Shown: piece after piece, positions 24,862 to 37,779 of the stretch
Layout: the number at the start of each line of letters is the position of its first letter
Position numbering within the stretch: the stretch's first letter is position 1
Sequence record: MF374379.1
DNA: 41,559 bases
Source: Escherichia phage DN1
Direction: 5' to 3' (one strand)
Made by a program: the position numbers and the translations under genes
The notes under the pieces: generated by a model
Seen by the model: only the letters and a program-made list of their open reading frames with translations
Databases searched by the model: none
What the model was told of the DNA's origin: nothing

Positions 24862-25902
24862 ATGGCTCACCGCCCACGCTGGACATTGTCGCAAGTCACA
24901 GAATTATTTGAAAAACCGTTGCTGGATCTGCTGTTTGAAGCGCAGCAGGTGCATCGCCAGCATTTCGATCCTCGTCAGGTGCAGGTCAGCACGTTGCTGT
25001 CGATTAAGACCGGAGCTTGTCCGGAAGATTGCAAATACTGCCCGCAAAGCTCGCGCTACAAAACCGGGCTGGAAGCCGAGCGGTTGATGGAAGTTGAACA
25101 GGTGCTGGAGTCGGCGCGCAAAGCGAAAGCGGCAGGATCGACGCGCTTCTGTATGGGCGCGGCGTGGAAGAATCCCCACGAACGCGATATGCCGTACCTG
25201 GAACAAATGGTGCAGGGGGTAAAAGCGATGGGGCTGGAGGCGTGTATGACGCTGGGCACGTTGAGTGAATCTCAGGCGCAGCGCCTCGCGAACGCCGGGC
25301 TGGATTACTACAACCACAACCTGGACACCTCGCCGGAGTTTTACGGCAATATCATCACCACACGCACTTATCAGGAACGCCTCGATACGCTGGAAAAAGT
25401 GCGCGATGCCGGGATCAAAGTCTGTTCTGGCGGCATTGTGGGCTTAGGCGAAACGGTAAAAGATCGCGCCGGATTATTGCTGCAACTGGCAAACCTGCCG
25501 ACGCCGCCGGAAAGCGTGCCAATCAACATGCTGGTGAAGGTGAAAGGCACGCCGCTTGCCGATAACGATGATGTCGATGCCTTTGATTTTATTCGCACCA
25601 TTGCGGTCGCGCGGATCATGATGCCAACCTCTTACGTGCGCCTTTCTGCCGGACGCGAGCAGATGAACGAACAGACTCAGGCGATGTGCTTTATGGCAGG
25701 CGCAAACTCGATTTTCTACGGTTGCAAACTGCTGACCACGCCGAATCCGGAAGAAGATAAAGACCTGCAACTGTTCCGCAAACTGGGGCTAAATCCGCAG
25801 CAAACTGCCGTGCTGGCGGGCGATAACGAACAACAGCAGCGTCTGGAACAGGCACTGATGACCCCGGACACTGACGAATATTACAACGCGGCAGCACTAT
25901 GA
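24862..25902 (+). CDS. bioB: Biotin synthase BioB (radical SAM)
   Basis: 346 aa, [25 protein letters not shown]; CxxxCxxC motif (CPEDCKYC). Confidence 0.95.
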   Translation: MAHRPRWTLSQVTELFEKPLLDLLFEAQQVHRQHFDPRQVQVSTLLSIKTGACPEDCKYCPQSSRYKTGLEAERLMEVEQVLESARKAKAAGSTRFCMGAAWKNPHERDMPYLEQMVQGVKAMGLEACMTLGTLSESQAQRLANAGLDYYNHNLDTSPEFYGNIITTRTYQERLDTLEKVRDAGIKVCSGGIVGLGETVKDRAGLLLQLANLPTPPESVPINMLVKVKGTPLADNDDVDAFDFIRTIAVARIMMPTSYVRLSAGREQMNEQTQAMCFMAGANSIFYGCKLLTTPNPEEDKDLQLFRKLGLNPQQTAVLAGDNEQQQRLEQALMTPDTDEYYNAAAL

Positions 25903-27053
25903 GCTGGCAGGATAAAATCAACGCGGCCCTCGATGCGCGGCGTGCTGCCGATGCCCTGCGTCGCCGTTATCCAGTGGCGCAAGGAGCAGGACGCTGGCTG
26001 GTGGCGGACGATCGCCAGTATCTGAACTTTTCCAGTAACGATTATTTAGGTTTAAGCCATCATCCGCAAATTATCCGTGCCTGGAAGCAGAGTGCGGAGC
26101 AATTTGGCGTCGGTAGCGGCGGCTCCGGTCACGTCAGCGGTTATAGCGTGGCACATCAGGCGCTGGAAGAAGAACTGGCCGAGTGGCTGGGCTATTCGCG
26201 GGCACTGCTGTTTATCTCTGGTTTTGCCGCTAATCAGGCGGTCATTGCCGCGATGATGGCGAAAGAGGACCGTATTGTTGCCGACCGGCTTAGCCATGCC
26301 TCATTGCTGGAGGCTGCCAGTTTAAGCCCGTCGCAGCTTCGCCGTTTTGTTCATAACGATGTCACTCATCTGGCGCGACTGCTTGCTTCCCCCTGTCCGG
26401 GGCAGCAAATGGTGGTGACAGAAGGCGTGTTCAGCATGGACGGCGATAGTGCGCCACTGGCGGAAATCCAGCAGGTAACGCAACAGCACAATGGCTGGTT
26501 GATGGTCGATGATGCCCACGGCACGGGCGTTATCGGGGAGCAGGGGCGCGGCAGCTGCTGGCTGCAAAAGGTAAAACCAGAATTGCTGGTAGTGACTTTT
26601 GGCAAAGGATTTGGCGTCAGCGGGGCAGCGGTGCTTTGCTCCAGTACGGTGGCGGATTATCTGCTGCAATTCGCCCGCCACCTTATCTACAGCACCAGTA
26701 TGCCGCCCGCTCAGGCGCAGGCATTACGTGCGTCGCTGGCGGTCATTCGCAGTGATGAGGGTGATGCACGGCGCGAAAAACTGGCGGCACTCATTACGCG
26801 TTTTCGTGCCGGAGTACAGGATTTGCCGTTTACGCTTGCTGATTCATGCAGCGCCATCCAGCCATTGATTGTCGGTGATAACAGCCGTGCGTTACAACTG
26901 GCAGAAAAACTGCGCCAGCAAGGCTGCTGGGTCACGGCGATTCGCCCGCCAACCGTACCCGCTGGTACTGCGCGACTGCGCTTAACGCTAACCGCTGCGC
27001 ATGAAATGCAGGATATCGACCGTCTGCTGGAGGTGCTGCATGGCAACGGTTAA
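25899..27053 (+). CDS. bioF: 8-amino-7-oxononanoate synthase BioF
   Basis: 384 aa, [26 protein letters not shown]; start overlaps the bioB stop. Confidence 0.95.
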
Positions 27054-27795
27054 TAAACAAGCCATTGCAGCGGCATTTGGTCGGGCAGCCGCACACTATG
27101 AGCAACATGCAGATCTACAGCGCCAGAGTGCTGACGCCTTACTGGCAATGCTTCCACAGCGTAAATACACCCACGTACTGGACGCGGGTTGTGGACCTGG
27201 CTGGATGAGCCGCCACTGGCGGGAACGTCACGCGCAGGTGACGGCCTTAGATCTCTCGCCGCCAATGCTTGTTCAGGCACGCCAGAAGGATGCCGCAGAC
27301 CATTATCTGGCGGGAGATATCGAATCCCTGCCGTTAGCGACTGCGACGTTCGATCTTGCATGGAGCAATCTCGCAGTGCAGTGGTGCGGTAATTTATCCA
27401 CGGCACTCCGCGAGCTGTATCGGGTGGTGCGCCCCAAAGGCGTGGTCGCGTTTACCACGCTGGTGCAGGGATCGTTACCCGAACTGCATCAGGCGTGGCA
27501 GGCGGTGGACGAGCGTCCGCATGCTAATCGCTTTTTACCGCCAGATGAAATCGAACAGTCGCTGAACGGCGTGCATTATCAACATCATATTCAGCCCATC
27601 ACGCTGTGGTTTGATGATGCGCTCAGTGCCATGCGTTCGCTGAAAGGCATCGGTGCCACGCATCTTCATGAAGGGCGCGACCCGCGAATATTAACGCGTT
27701 CGCAGTTGCAGCGATTGCAACTGGCCTGGCCGCAACAGCAGGGGCGATATCCTCTGACGTATCATCTTTTTTTGGGAGTGATTGCTCGTGAGTAA
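27040..27795 (+). CDS. bioC: Malonyl-ACP O-methyltransferase BioC
   Basis: Start taken at [27 protein letters not shown] (251 aa); SAM-binding LDAGCGPG motif; ORF track starts 13 codons upstream. Confidence 0.9.
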
Positions 27796-28465
27796 ACGTT
27801 ATTTTGTCACCGGAACGGATACCGAAGTGGGGAAAACTGTCGCCAGTTGTGCACTTTTACAAGCCGCAAAGGCAGCAGGCTACCGGACGGCAGGTTATAA
27901 ACCGGTCGCCTCTGGCAGCGAAAAGACCCCGGAAGGTTTACGCAATAGCGACGCGCTGGCGTTACAGCGCAACAGCAGCCTGCAGCTGGATTACGCAACA
28001 GTAAATCCTTACACCTTCGCAGAACCCACTTCGCCGCACATCATCAGCGCGCAAGAGGGCAGACCGATAGAATCATTGGTAATGAGCGCCGGATTACGCG
28101 CGCTTGAACAACAGGCTGACTGGGTGTTAGTGGAAGGTGCTGGCGGCTGGTTTACGCCGCTTTCTGACACTTTCACTTTTGCAGATTGGGTAACACAGGA
28201 ACAACTGCCGGTGATACTGGTAGTTGGTGTGAAACTCGGCTGTATTAATCACGCGATGTTGACTGCGCAGGCAATACAACACGCCGGACTGACTCTGGCG
28301 GGTTGGGTGGCGAACGATGTTACGCCTCCGGGAAAACGTCACGCTGAATATATGACCACGCTCACCCGCATGATTCCCGCGCCGCTGCTGGGAGAGATCC
28401 CCTGGCTTGCAGAAAATCCAGAAAATGCGGCAACCGGAAAGTACATAAACCTTGCCTTGTTGTAG
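27788..28465 (+). CDS. bioD: Dethiobiotin synthetase BioD (GTG start)
   Basis: (M)[27 protein letters not shown] with P-loop GTDTEVGKT; ORF track uses an upstream TTG at 27782. Confidence 0.9.
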
Positions 28466-28950
28466 CCATTCTGTATTTGGTTAAATTGCGAGCGAGATCG
28501 CGTCTTCGATTGACTGCAATTTAACCAATTAAATTCTAAAATAATCACGAAAAAAATTTTACTTCCGCCTCATGCGGCGAATGTGGGAATTGCCCAGGCG
28601 GCGGGGGATAGGGGCTGGAGACAGTTATCCACTATTCCTGTGGATAACCATGTGTATTAGAGTTAGAAAACACGAGGCAAGCGAGAGAATACGCGGCTTG
28701 CACGCGAATTGGCGTTAAAGACGGCTCAAAGAAATATCTTTTATTTTTTAACTGGTTAGATAAATGCAATGGCAGTCACTGAACAGGCATCTCTTGCCAT
28801 AAAACTGTCATCACTCATCTTGACAAATGTTAAAAAAGCCGTTGCTTTGGGGATAACCCGGTAAGGCCGGAGTTTTATCTCGCCACAGAGTAAATTTTGC
28901 TCATGATTGACAGCGGAGTTTACGCTGTATCAGAAATATTATGGTGATGA

Positions 28951-28970
28951 ACTGTTTTTTTATCCAGTAT
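28951..28970. promoter_or_regulatory. LexA (SOS) box in the uvrB promoter region
   Basis: ACTGTTTTTTTATCCAGTAT has the CTGT-N8-xCAG pattern with an AT-rich centre; lies ~75 bp upstream of the uvrB start. Confidence 0.7.
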
Positions 28971-29043
28971 AATTTGTTGGCATAATTAAGTACGACGAGT
29001 AAAATTACATACCTGCCCGCCCAACTCCTTCAGGTAGCGACTC

Positions 29044-31065
<2,022 letters not shown>

Positions 31066-31095
31066 CAGGATAGCGAAGAAGACTGATGACAAACG

Positions 31096-31205
31096 GAAAA
31101 CAGCCTGATGCGCTACGCTTATCAGGCCTACATTTTCTCCGCAATATATTGAATTTGCGCGGTTTGTAGGCCGGATAAGGCGTTCACGCCGCATCCGGCA
31201 TAAAC
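31096..31205. repeat. REP (repetitive extragenic palindromic) elements downstream of uvrB
   Basis: GCCTGATGCGCTACGCTTATCAGGCCTAC and GCCGGATAAGGCGTTCACGCCGCATCCGGC are typical E. coli REP palindromes. Confidence 0.75.
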
Positions 31206-31256
31206 AACGCGCACTTTGTCTTCAATAGGAAGCCGGAATTTTCCTTCGGATTTCCG

Positions 31257-32225
<969 letters not shown>

Positions 32226-32424
32226 TTAACCTGCCAATATTGAGGATACAAACTATTTTCTTCTACCTCTAAAGGACGATGCACGCTATGCCTCCCTGAT
32301 GATGTATATCAAAGTAAAACCGCCATTTTCCCTTATTCTGTAGCGAAATAGCACGATCATGACGCTATATACATGATTACATAGCGAAAGTGTGGATGGT
32401 AAAAATCTCATTTACACGCTAGTA

Positions 32425-32555
32425 TCGGCATAACCACTAAACACTCTAGCCTCTGCACCTGGGTCAACTGATACGGTGCTTTGGCCGTGACAATGCTCGT
32501 AAAGATTGCCACCAGGGCGAAGGAAGAAATGACTTCGCCTCCCGTATCTGGAAAG
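32425..32555 (+). ncRNA. Molybdenum cofactor (Moco) riboswitch in the moaA leader
   Basis: Structured 5' leader just before the moaA start, with segments CCTCTGCACCTGGG, GGCCGTGACAA, GCCACCAGGGCGAAGGAAG and CCTCCCG; boundaries approximate. Confidence 0.55.
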
Positions 32556-32561
32556 GTGTAC

Positions 32562-32895
32562 ATGGCTTCACAACTGACTGATGCATTTGCGCGTAAGTTT
32601 TACTACTTGCGCCTGTCGATTACCGATGTGTGTAACTTTCGTTGCACCTACTGCCTGCCGGATGGGTACAAGCCGAGCGGCGTCACCAATAAAGGCTTTC
32701 TAACCGTCGATGAAATTCGCCGGGTTACGCGCGCCTTCGCCAGTCTGGGCACCGAAAAAGTGCGCCTGACAGGCGGTGAGCCGTCTTTACGCCGCGACTT
32801 TACCGATATCATCGCCGCTGTGCGAGAAAATGACGCTATCCGCCAGATTGCGGTCACCACCAATGGTTACCGTCTGGAACGCGATGTGGCTTTGG
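32562..32895 (+). pseudogene. moaA: 5' fragment of moaA (about 110 codons), truncated at the substitution junction
   Basis: [41 protein letters not shown] (radical SAM CxxxCxxC); MoaA-like sequence ends after ...[12 protein letters not shown] and the frame runs into unrelated sequence. Confidence 0.8.
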
Positions 32896-32981
32896 CGCAT
32901 GACGCGTCGAGGTGCTTATCTTCTCGATCGCTGTCTTGTAGCTGCAATTCGCGCCATCCCCAAAACCACTCAAGTTCTGGT

Positions 32982-33020
32982 CTCAACGGTTAGGTTGAGA
33001 GTCCGTCGATGTTAAAGAGC
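32982..33020 (-). promoter_or_regulatory. nutL: nutL-like site (boxA + boxB hairpin) of the heterologous immunity region
   Basis: On the minus strand: boxA-like GCTCTTTAACA, then hairpin CTCAAC-CTAACC-GTTGAG, downstream of the PL-like promoter. Confidence 0.6.
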
Positions 33021-33062
33021 CTGCCAATCTGTTCCGTTTGGCTTCCAGCGTCCTGCTGATGG

Positions 33063-33100
33063 CTTAAATTTAAGACTTCTTAATTTATTGGTCAAGTGCA
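33063..33100 (-). promoter_or_regulatory. PL-like promoter with OL operator (leftward transcription)
   Basis: Minus strand reads TTGACC-17 nt-TAAATT; overlapping 18-bp operator-like palindrome ATTTAAGACTTCTTAATT resembles the P22/21-type half-sites seen in OR. Confidence 0.6.
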
Positions 33101-33159
33101 TTTTTGAAGAAAACTTAATTTTATGGGCGTGAATTTAGTTTGTCTTTGATTTTTAACGG

Positions 33160-33185
33160 GAAATAAAAAAGGGGCGAAAGCCCCT
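33160..33185 (-). terminator. Intrinsic terminator just past the cI stop
   Basis: Minus strand: GGGGCTTTCGCCCC hairpin followed by TTTTTTATTT. Confidence 0.65.
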
Positions 33186-33835
33186 TAAGGAAGGTTTGCT
33201 AGCTTGGCATCAACGACAACGCCAATGATTTTACAGTTCCCATTGATTTCAATCATTGGGTATTGTGGATTGAGTGGTTTCAGGAATTTTCTACCGGCAT
33301 CAATAACTAACTTTTTGAATGTCGCCTCGTTTTCTCCTTCAAGTTTGGCGACTACCAGCTTTCCATTACGTGGTTCGACTTCTGGGTCGACGAGAATAAT
33401 CATCCCCTCAGGAATACTCAGTCCTGCCGGGGCAGTCATTGAATCGCCTTTAACGTCGAGCCAAAAAGAGTCTTCAGAACAATCTACCGTTGTGTCGTAC
33501 CAGTTATCTATTGCACGCCTATGATATGGCTCTACAGCTTCCATCCAACATCCTGCGCTTACCCAACTAATTAGAGGATACGAACCTCTTGGATCATGCC
33601 TGCTGTGATAGGCAATGTTTGAAAGACTATCCTCTCCTTTCAACAGGTAATCAGGGGAGCACTGCAAAGCCTTGGCTAAGGCCAATAGGTTTTCGCCATT
33701 GGGCTCAGTTTCAGATCGCTCCCATTGGGAAATAGCAACATTAGACACGCCAACCATCTTGCCAAGGGCAGCCTGCCTAATCTTGAGTTCTTTTCTGCGA
33801 GCGCGAATACGCTCACCCATCAGTTGTGTATTCAT
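33185..33835 (-). CDS. cI: Immunity repressor of the P22 c2 / phage 21 cI type (LexA-like autocleavable)
   Basis: 216 aa, MNTQLMGERIRARRKELKIRQAALGKMVGVSNVAISQWERSE (HTH) with a C-terminal S24 peptidase-like region (GDSM); near-identical to the P22 C2 sequence as I recall it, with scattered substitutions. Confidence 0.9.
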   Translation of the reverse strand: MNTQLMGERIRARRKELKIRQAALGKMVGVSNVAISQWERSETEPNGENLLALAKALQCSPDYLLKGEDSLSNIAYHSRHDPRGSYPLISWVSAGCWMEAVEPYHRRAIDNWYDTTVDCSEDSFWLDVKGDSMTAPAGLSIPEGMIILVDPEVEPRNGKLVVAKLEGENEATFKKLVIDAGRKFLKPLNPQYPMIEINGNCKIIGVVVDAKLANLP

Positions 33836-33915
33836 AGTTAAGACATCTTAAATAAACTTGACTTAAGATTCCTTTGGTGGATAATTTAAGTGTTCTTTAA
33901 TTTCGGAGCGAGTCT
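33836..33915. promoter_or_regulatory. Right operator region with divergent PRM and PR
   Basis: Operator-like palindromes AGTTAAGACATCTTAAAT and AATTTAAGTGTTCTTTAATT; PR -35 TTGACT (33858..33863) and -10 GATAAT (33880..33885). Confidence 0.7.
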
Positions 33916-34101
33916 ATGTACAAAAAAGATGTTATTGACCACTTCGGAACCCAGCGTGCTGTTGCTAAAGCACTAGGCATTAGCGATGCAGCAGTCTCTC
34001 AGTGGAAAGAAGTTATCCCAGAGAAAGACGCCTATCGATTGGAAATCGTTACAGCTGGCGCCCTGAAGTATCAAGAAAGTGCTTACCGCCAAGCGGCATA
34101 A
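33916..34101 (+). CDS. cro: Cro (P22/21 type)
   Basis: 61 aa, MYKKDVIDHFGTQRAVAKALGISDAAVSQWKEVIPEKDAYRLEIVTAGALKYQESAYRQAA. Confidence 0.9.
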   Translation: MYKKDVIDHFGTQRAVAKALGISDAAVSQWKEVIPEKDAYRLEIVTAGALKYQESAYRQAA

Positions 34102-34107
34102 GCAAAT

Positions 34108-34148
34108 TGCTCTTTAACAGTTCTGGCCTTTCACCTCTAACCGGGTGA
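34108..34148 (+). promoter_or_regulatory. nutR: nutR-like site (boxA TGCTCTTTAACA and boxB hairpin CACCTCTAACCGGGTG)
   Basis: Immediately downstream of cro; boxA resembles lambda CGCTCTTACACA; boxB loop CTAACC matches the nutL-like loop. Confidence 0.65.
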
Positions 34149-34216
34149 GCAAACATCAGCGGCAAATCCATTGGGTGTGCCGCTATAACTCAATATCAAT
34201 ATAGGTAAATTAACAA

Positions 34217-34516
34217 ATGGCACAAGCAAGCTACAGCAAGCCAACACAGCGAGAAATTGATCGCGCTGAAACTGATTTACTCATCAACCTGTCAACGCTT
34301 ACCCAGCGCGGTCTGGCAAAGATGATTGGCTGTCATGAATCGAAGATAAGCAGAACGGACTGGAGATTTATTGCTTCGGTCTTGTGTGCTTTCGGAATGG
34401 CATCAGACATCAGTCCGATTAGCAGGGCTTTTAAGTATGCGCTTGATGGACTCACAAAGAAAAAACGCCCGGTGTGCAAGACCGAGCGTTCTGAACAAAT
34501 CCAGATGGAGTTCTGA
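34217..34516 (+). CDS. cII: CII-type lysogeny activator, hybrid (heterologous N-terminus, lambda-type C-terminus)
   Basis: 99 aa; N-terminal MAQASYSKPTQREIDRAETDLLINLSTLTQRGLAKMIGCHESKISR is not lambda CII; C-terminal ...TERSEQIQMEF is the lambda CII ending. Confidence 0.85.
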   Translation: MAQASYSKPTQREIDRAETDLLINLSTLTQRGLAKMIGCHESKISRTDWRFIASVLCAFGMASDISPISRAFKYALDGLTKKKRPVCKTERSEQIQMEF

Positions 34517-34540
34517 GGTCATTACTGGATCTATCAACAG
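34462..34540 (-). ncRNA. oop: Possible oop antisense RNA overlapping the cII 3' end
   Basis: Placed by collinearity with lambda; the terminator hairpin here (CGGT-CTTGCAC-ACCG then T-tract on the minus strand) is weaker than in lambda. Confidence 0.35.
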
Positions 34541-34548
34541 GAGTCATT

Positions 34549-35448
34549 ATGACAAATACAGCAAAAATACTCAACTTCGGCAGAGGTAACTTTGCCGGAC
34601 AGGAGCGTAATGTGGCAGATCTCGATGATGGTTACGCCAGACTATCAAATATGCTGCTTGAGGCTTATTCGGGCGCAGATCTGACCAAGCGACAGTTTAA
34701 AGTGCTGCTTGCCATTCTGCGTAAAACCTATGGGTGGAATAAACCAATGGACAGAATCACCGATTCTCAACTTAGCGAGATTACAAAGTTACCTGTCAAA
34801 CGGTGCAATGAAGCCAAGTTAGAACTCGTCAGAATGAATATTATCAAGCAGCAAGGCGGCATGTTTGGACCAAATAAAAACATCTCAGAATGGTGTATCC
34901 CTCAAAACGAGGGAAAATCCCCTAAAACGAGGGATAAAACATCCCTCAAATTGGGGGATTGCTATCCCTCAAAACAGGGGGACACAAAAGACACTATTAC
35001 AAAAGAAAAAAGAAAAGATTATTCGTCAGAGAATTCTGGCGAATCCTCTGACCAGCCAGAAAACGACCTTTCTGTGGTGAAACCGGATGCTGCAATTCAG
35101 AGCGGCAGCAAGTGGGGGACAGCAGAAGACCTGACCGCCGCAGAGTGGATGTTTGACATGGTGAAGACTATCGCACCATCAGCCAGAAAACCGAATTTTG
35201 CTGGGTGGGCTAACGATATCCGCCTGATGCGTGAACGTGACGGACGTAACCACCGCGACATGTGTGTGCTGTTCCGCTGGGCATGCCAGGACAACTTCTG
35301 GTCCGGTAACGTGCTGAGCCCGGCCAAACTCCGCGATAAGTGGACCCAACTCGAAATCAACCGTAACAAGCAACAGGCAGGCGTGACAGCCAGCAAACCA
35401 AAACTCGACCTGACAAACACAGACTGGATTTACGGGGTGGATCTATGA
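34549..35448 (+). CDS. O: Replication initiator O
   Basis: 299 aa, MTNTAKILNFGRGNFAGQERNVADLDDGYARLSNMLLEAY; contains the ori iterons. Confidence 0.95.
   Translation: MTNTAKILNFGRGNFAGQERNVADLDDGYARLSNMLLEAYSGADLTKRQFKVLLAILRKTYGWNKPMDRITDSQLSEITKLPVKRCNEAKLELVRMNIIKQQGGMFGPNKNISEWCIPQNEGKSPKTRDKTSLKLGDCYPSKQGDTKDTITKEKRKDYSSENSGESSDQPENDLSVVKPDAAIQSGSKWGTAEDLTAAEWMFDMVKTIAPSARKPNFAGWANDIRLMRERDGRNHRDMCVLFRWACQDNFWSGNVLSPAKLRDKWTQLEINRNKQQAGVTASKPKLDLTNTDWIYGVDL
34896..35030. other. ori: Replication origin: four ~18-bp iterons plus adjacent A/T-rich region inside O
   Basis: ATCCCTCAAAACGAGGGA, AATCCCCTAAAACGAGGGA, ATCCCTCAAATTGGGGGA, ATCCCTCAAAACAGGGGGA, then AAAAGAAAAAAGAAAAGATTATT. Confidence 0.9.
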
Positions 35449-36146
35449 AAAACATCGCCGCACAGATGGTTAACTTTGACCGTGAGCAGATGCGTCGGAT
35501 CGCCAACAACATGCCGGAACAGTACGACGAAAAGCCGCAGGTACAGCAGGTAGCGCAGATCATCAACGGTGTGTTCAGCCAGTTACTGGCAACTTTCCCG
35601 GCGAGCCTGGCTAACCGTGACCAGAACGAAGTGAACGAAATCCGTCGCCAGTGGGTTCTGGCTTTTCGGGAAAACGGGATCACCACGATGGAACAGGTTA
35701 ACGCAGGAATGCGCGTAGCCCGTCGGCAGAATCGACCATTTCTGCCATCACCCGGGCAGTTTGTTGCATGGTGCCGGGAAGAAGCATCCGTTACCGCCGG
35801 ACTGCCAAACGTCAGCGAGCTGGTTGATATGGTTTACGAGTATTGCCGGAAGCGAGGCCTGTATCCGGATGCGGAGTCTTATCCGTGGAAATCAAACGCG
35901 CACTACTGGCTGGTTACCAACCTGTATCAGAACATGCGGGCCAATGCGCTTACTGATGCGGAATTACGCCGTAAGGCCGCAGATGAGCTTGTCCATATGA
36001 CTGCGAGAATTAACCGTGGTGAGGCGATCCCTGAACCAGTAAAACAACTTCCTGTCATGGGCGGTAGACCTCTAAATCGTGCACAGGCTCTGGCGAAGAT
36101 CGCAGAAATCAAAGCTAAGTTCGGACTGAAAGGAGCAAGTGTATGA
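35445..36146 (+). CDS. P: Replication protein P (DnaB helicase loader)
   Basis: 233 aa, [44 protein letters not shown]. Confidence 0.95.
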
Positions 36147-36946
36147 CGGGCAAAGAGGCAATTATTCATTACCTGGGGACGCATAATAGCTTCTGTGCGC
36201 CGGACGTTGCCGCGCTAACAGGCGCAACAGTAACCAGCATAAATCAGGCCGCGGCTAAAATGGCACGGGCAGGTCTTCTGGTTATCGAAGGTAAGGTCTG
36301 GCGAACGGTGTATTACCGGTTTGCTACCAGGGAAGAACGGGAAGGAAAGATGAGCACGAACCTGATGAACAAACTGGATACGATTGGATTCGACAACAAA
36401 AAAGACCTGCTTATCTCGGTGGGCGATTTGGTTGATCGTGGTGCAGAGAACGTTGAATGCCTGGAATTAATCACATTCCCCTGGTTCAGAGCTGTACGTG
36501 GAAACCATGAGCAAATGATGATTGATGGCTTATCAGAGCGTGGAAACGTTAATCACTGGCTGCTTAATGGCGGTGGCTGGTTCTTTAATCTCGATTACGA
36601 CAAAGAAATTCTGGCTAAAGCTCTTGCCCATAAAGCAGATGAACTTCCGTTAATCATCGAACTGGTGAGCAAAGATAAAAAATATGTTATCTGCCACGCC
36701 GATTATCCCTTTGACGAATACGAGTTTGGAAAGCCAGTTGATCATCAGCAGGTAATCTGGAACCGCGAACGAATCAGCAACTCACAAAACGGGATCGTGA
36801 AAGAAATCAAAGGCGCGGACACGTTCATCTTTGGTCATACGCCAGCAGTGAAACCACTCAAGTTTGCCAACCAAATGTATATCGATACCGGCGCAGTGTT
36901 CTGCGGAAACCTAACATTGATTCAGGTACAGGGAGAAGGCGCATGA
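36143..36946 (+). CDS. Ren-NinI fusion ORF from a nin5-type deletion (Ren N-terminal ~74 aa joined in frame to the Ser/Thr phosphatase NinI lacking its first motif)
   Basis: N-terminus [30 protein letters not shown] (Ren) switches at ...MSTNL|MNKLDTIGF... to phosphatase sequence with GDLVDRG and GNHE motifs; no ninB-ninH genes between P and Q. Confidence 0.85.
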
Positions 36947-37566
36947 GACTCGAAAGCGTAGCTAAATTTCATTCGCCAAAAAGCCCGATGATGAGCGACT
37001 CACCACGGGCCACGGCTTCTGACTCTCTTTCCGGTACTGATGTGATGGCTGCTATGGGGATGGCGCAATCACAAGCCGGATTCGGTATGGCTGCATTCTG
37101 CGGTAAGCACGAACTCAGCCAGAACGACAAACAAAAGGCTATCAACTATCTGATGCAATTTGCACACAAGGTATCGGGGAAATACCGTGGTGTGGCATAT
37201 CTTGAAGGAAATACTAAGGCAAAGGTACTGCAAGTGCTCGCAACATTCGCTTATGCGGATTATTGCCGTAGTGCCGCGACGCCGGGGGCAAGATGCAGAG
37301 ATTGCCATGGTACAGGCCGTGCGGTTGATATTGCCAAAACAGAGCTGTGGGGGAGAGTTGTCGAGAAAGAGTGCGGAAGATGCAAAGGCGTCGGCTATTC
37401 AAGGATGCCAGCAAGCGCAGCATATCGCGCTGTGACGATGCTAATCCCAAACCTTACCCAACCCACCTGGTCACGCACTGTTAAGCCGCTGTATGACGCT
37501 CTGGTGGTGCAATGCCACAAAGAAGAGTCAATCGCAGACAACATTTTGAATGCGGTCACACGTTAG
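36943..37566 (+). CDS. Q: Late antiterminator Q
   Basis: 207 aa, [28 protein letters not shown]...; Cys-rich zinc-binding region CRDCHGTG...CGRCKG. Confidence 0.95.
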
Positions 37567-37614
37567 CAGCATGATTGCCACGGATGGCAACATATTAACG
37601 GCATGATATTGACT

Positions 37615-37655
37615 TATTGAATAAAATTGGGTAAATTTGACTCAACGATGGGTTA
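37615..37655 (+). promoter_or_regulatory. Late promoter pR' with qut region
   Basis: TTGACT (37619..37624), 17-nt spacer, TAAATT (37642..37647); immediately downstream of Q. Confidence 0.65.
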
Positions 37656-37779
37656 ATTCGCTCGTTGTGGTAGTGAGATGAAAAGAGGCGGCGCTTACTA
37701 CCGATTCCGCCTAGTTGGTCACTTCGACGTATCGTCTGGAACTCCAACCATCGCAGGCAGAGAGGTCTGCAAAATGCAA

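Noticed and set aside
23486-28465. Biotin biosynthesis genes as a horizontally acquired metabolic island
   Set aside because: Gene order, operator and neighbours (ybhB, uvrB, ybhK, moaA) are those of the E. coli core chromosome next to attB; presence on the phage is explained by specialized transduction.
32481-32993. 170-aa ORF as an intact radical-SAM gene
   Set aside because: Only the first ~110 codons from the true start (32562) are MoaA; the rest is out-of-context read-through into phage DNA after the substitution junction.
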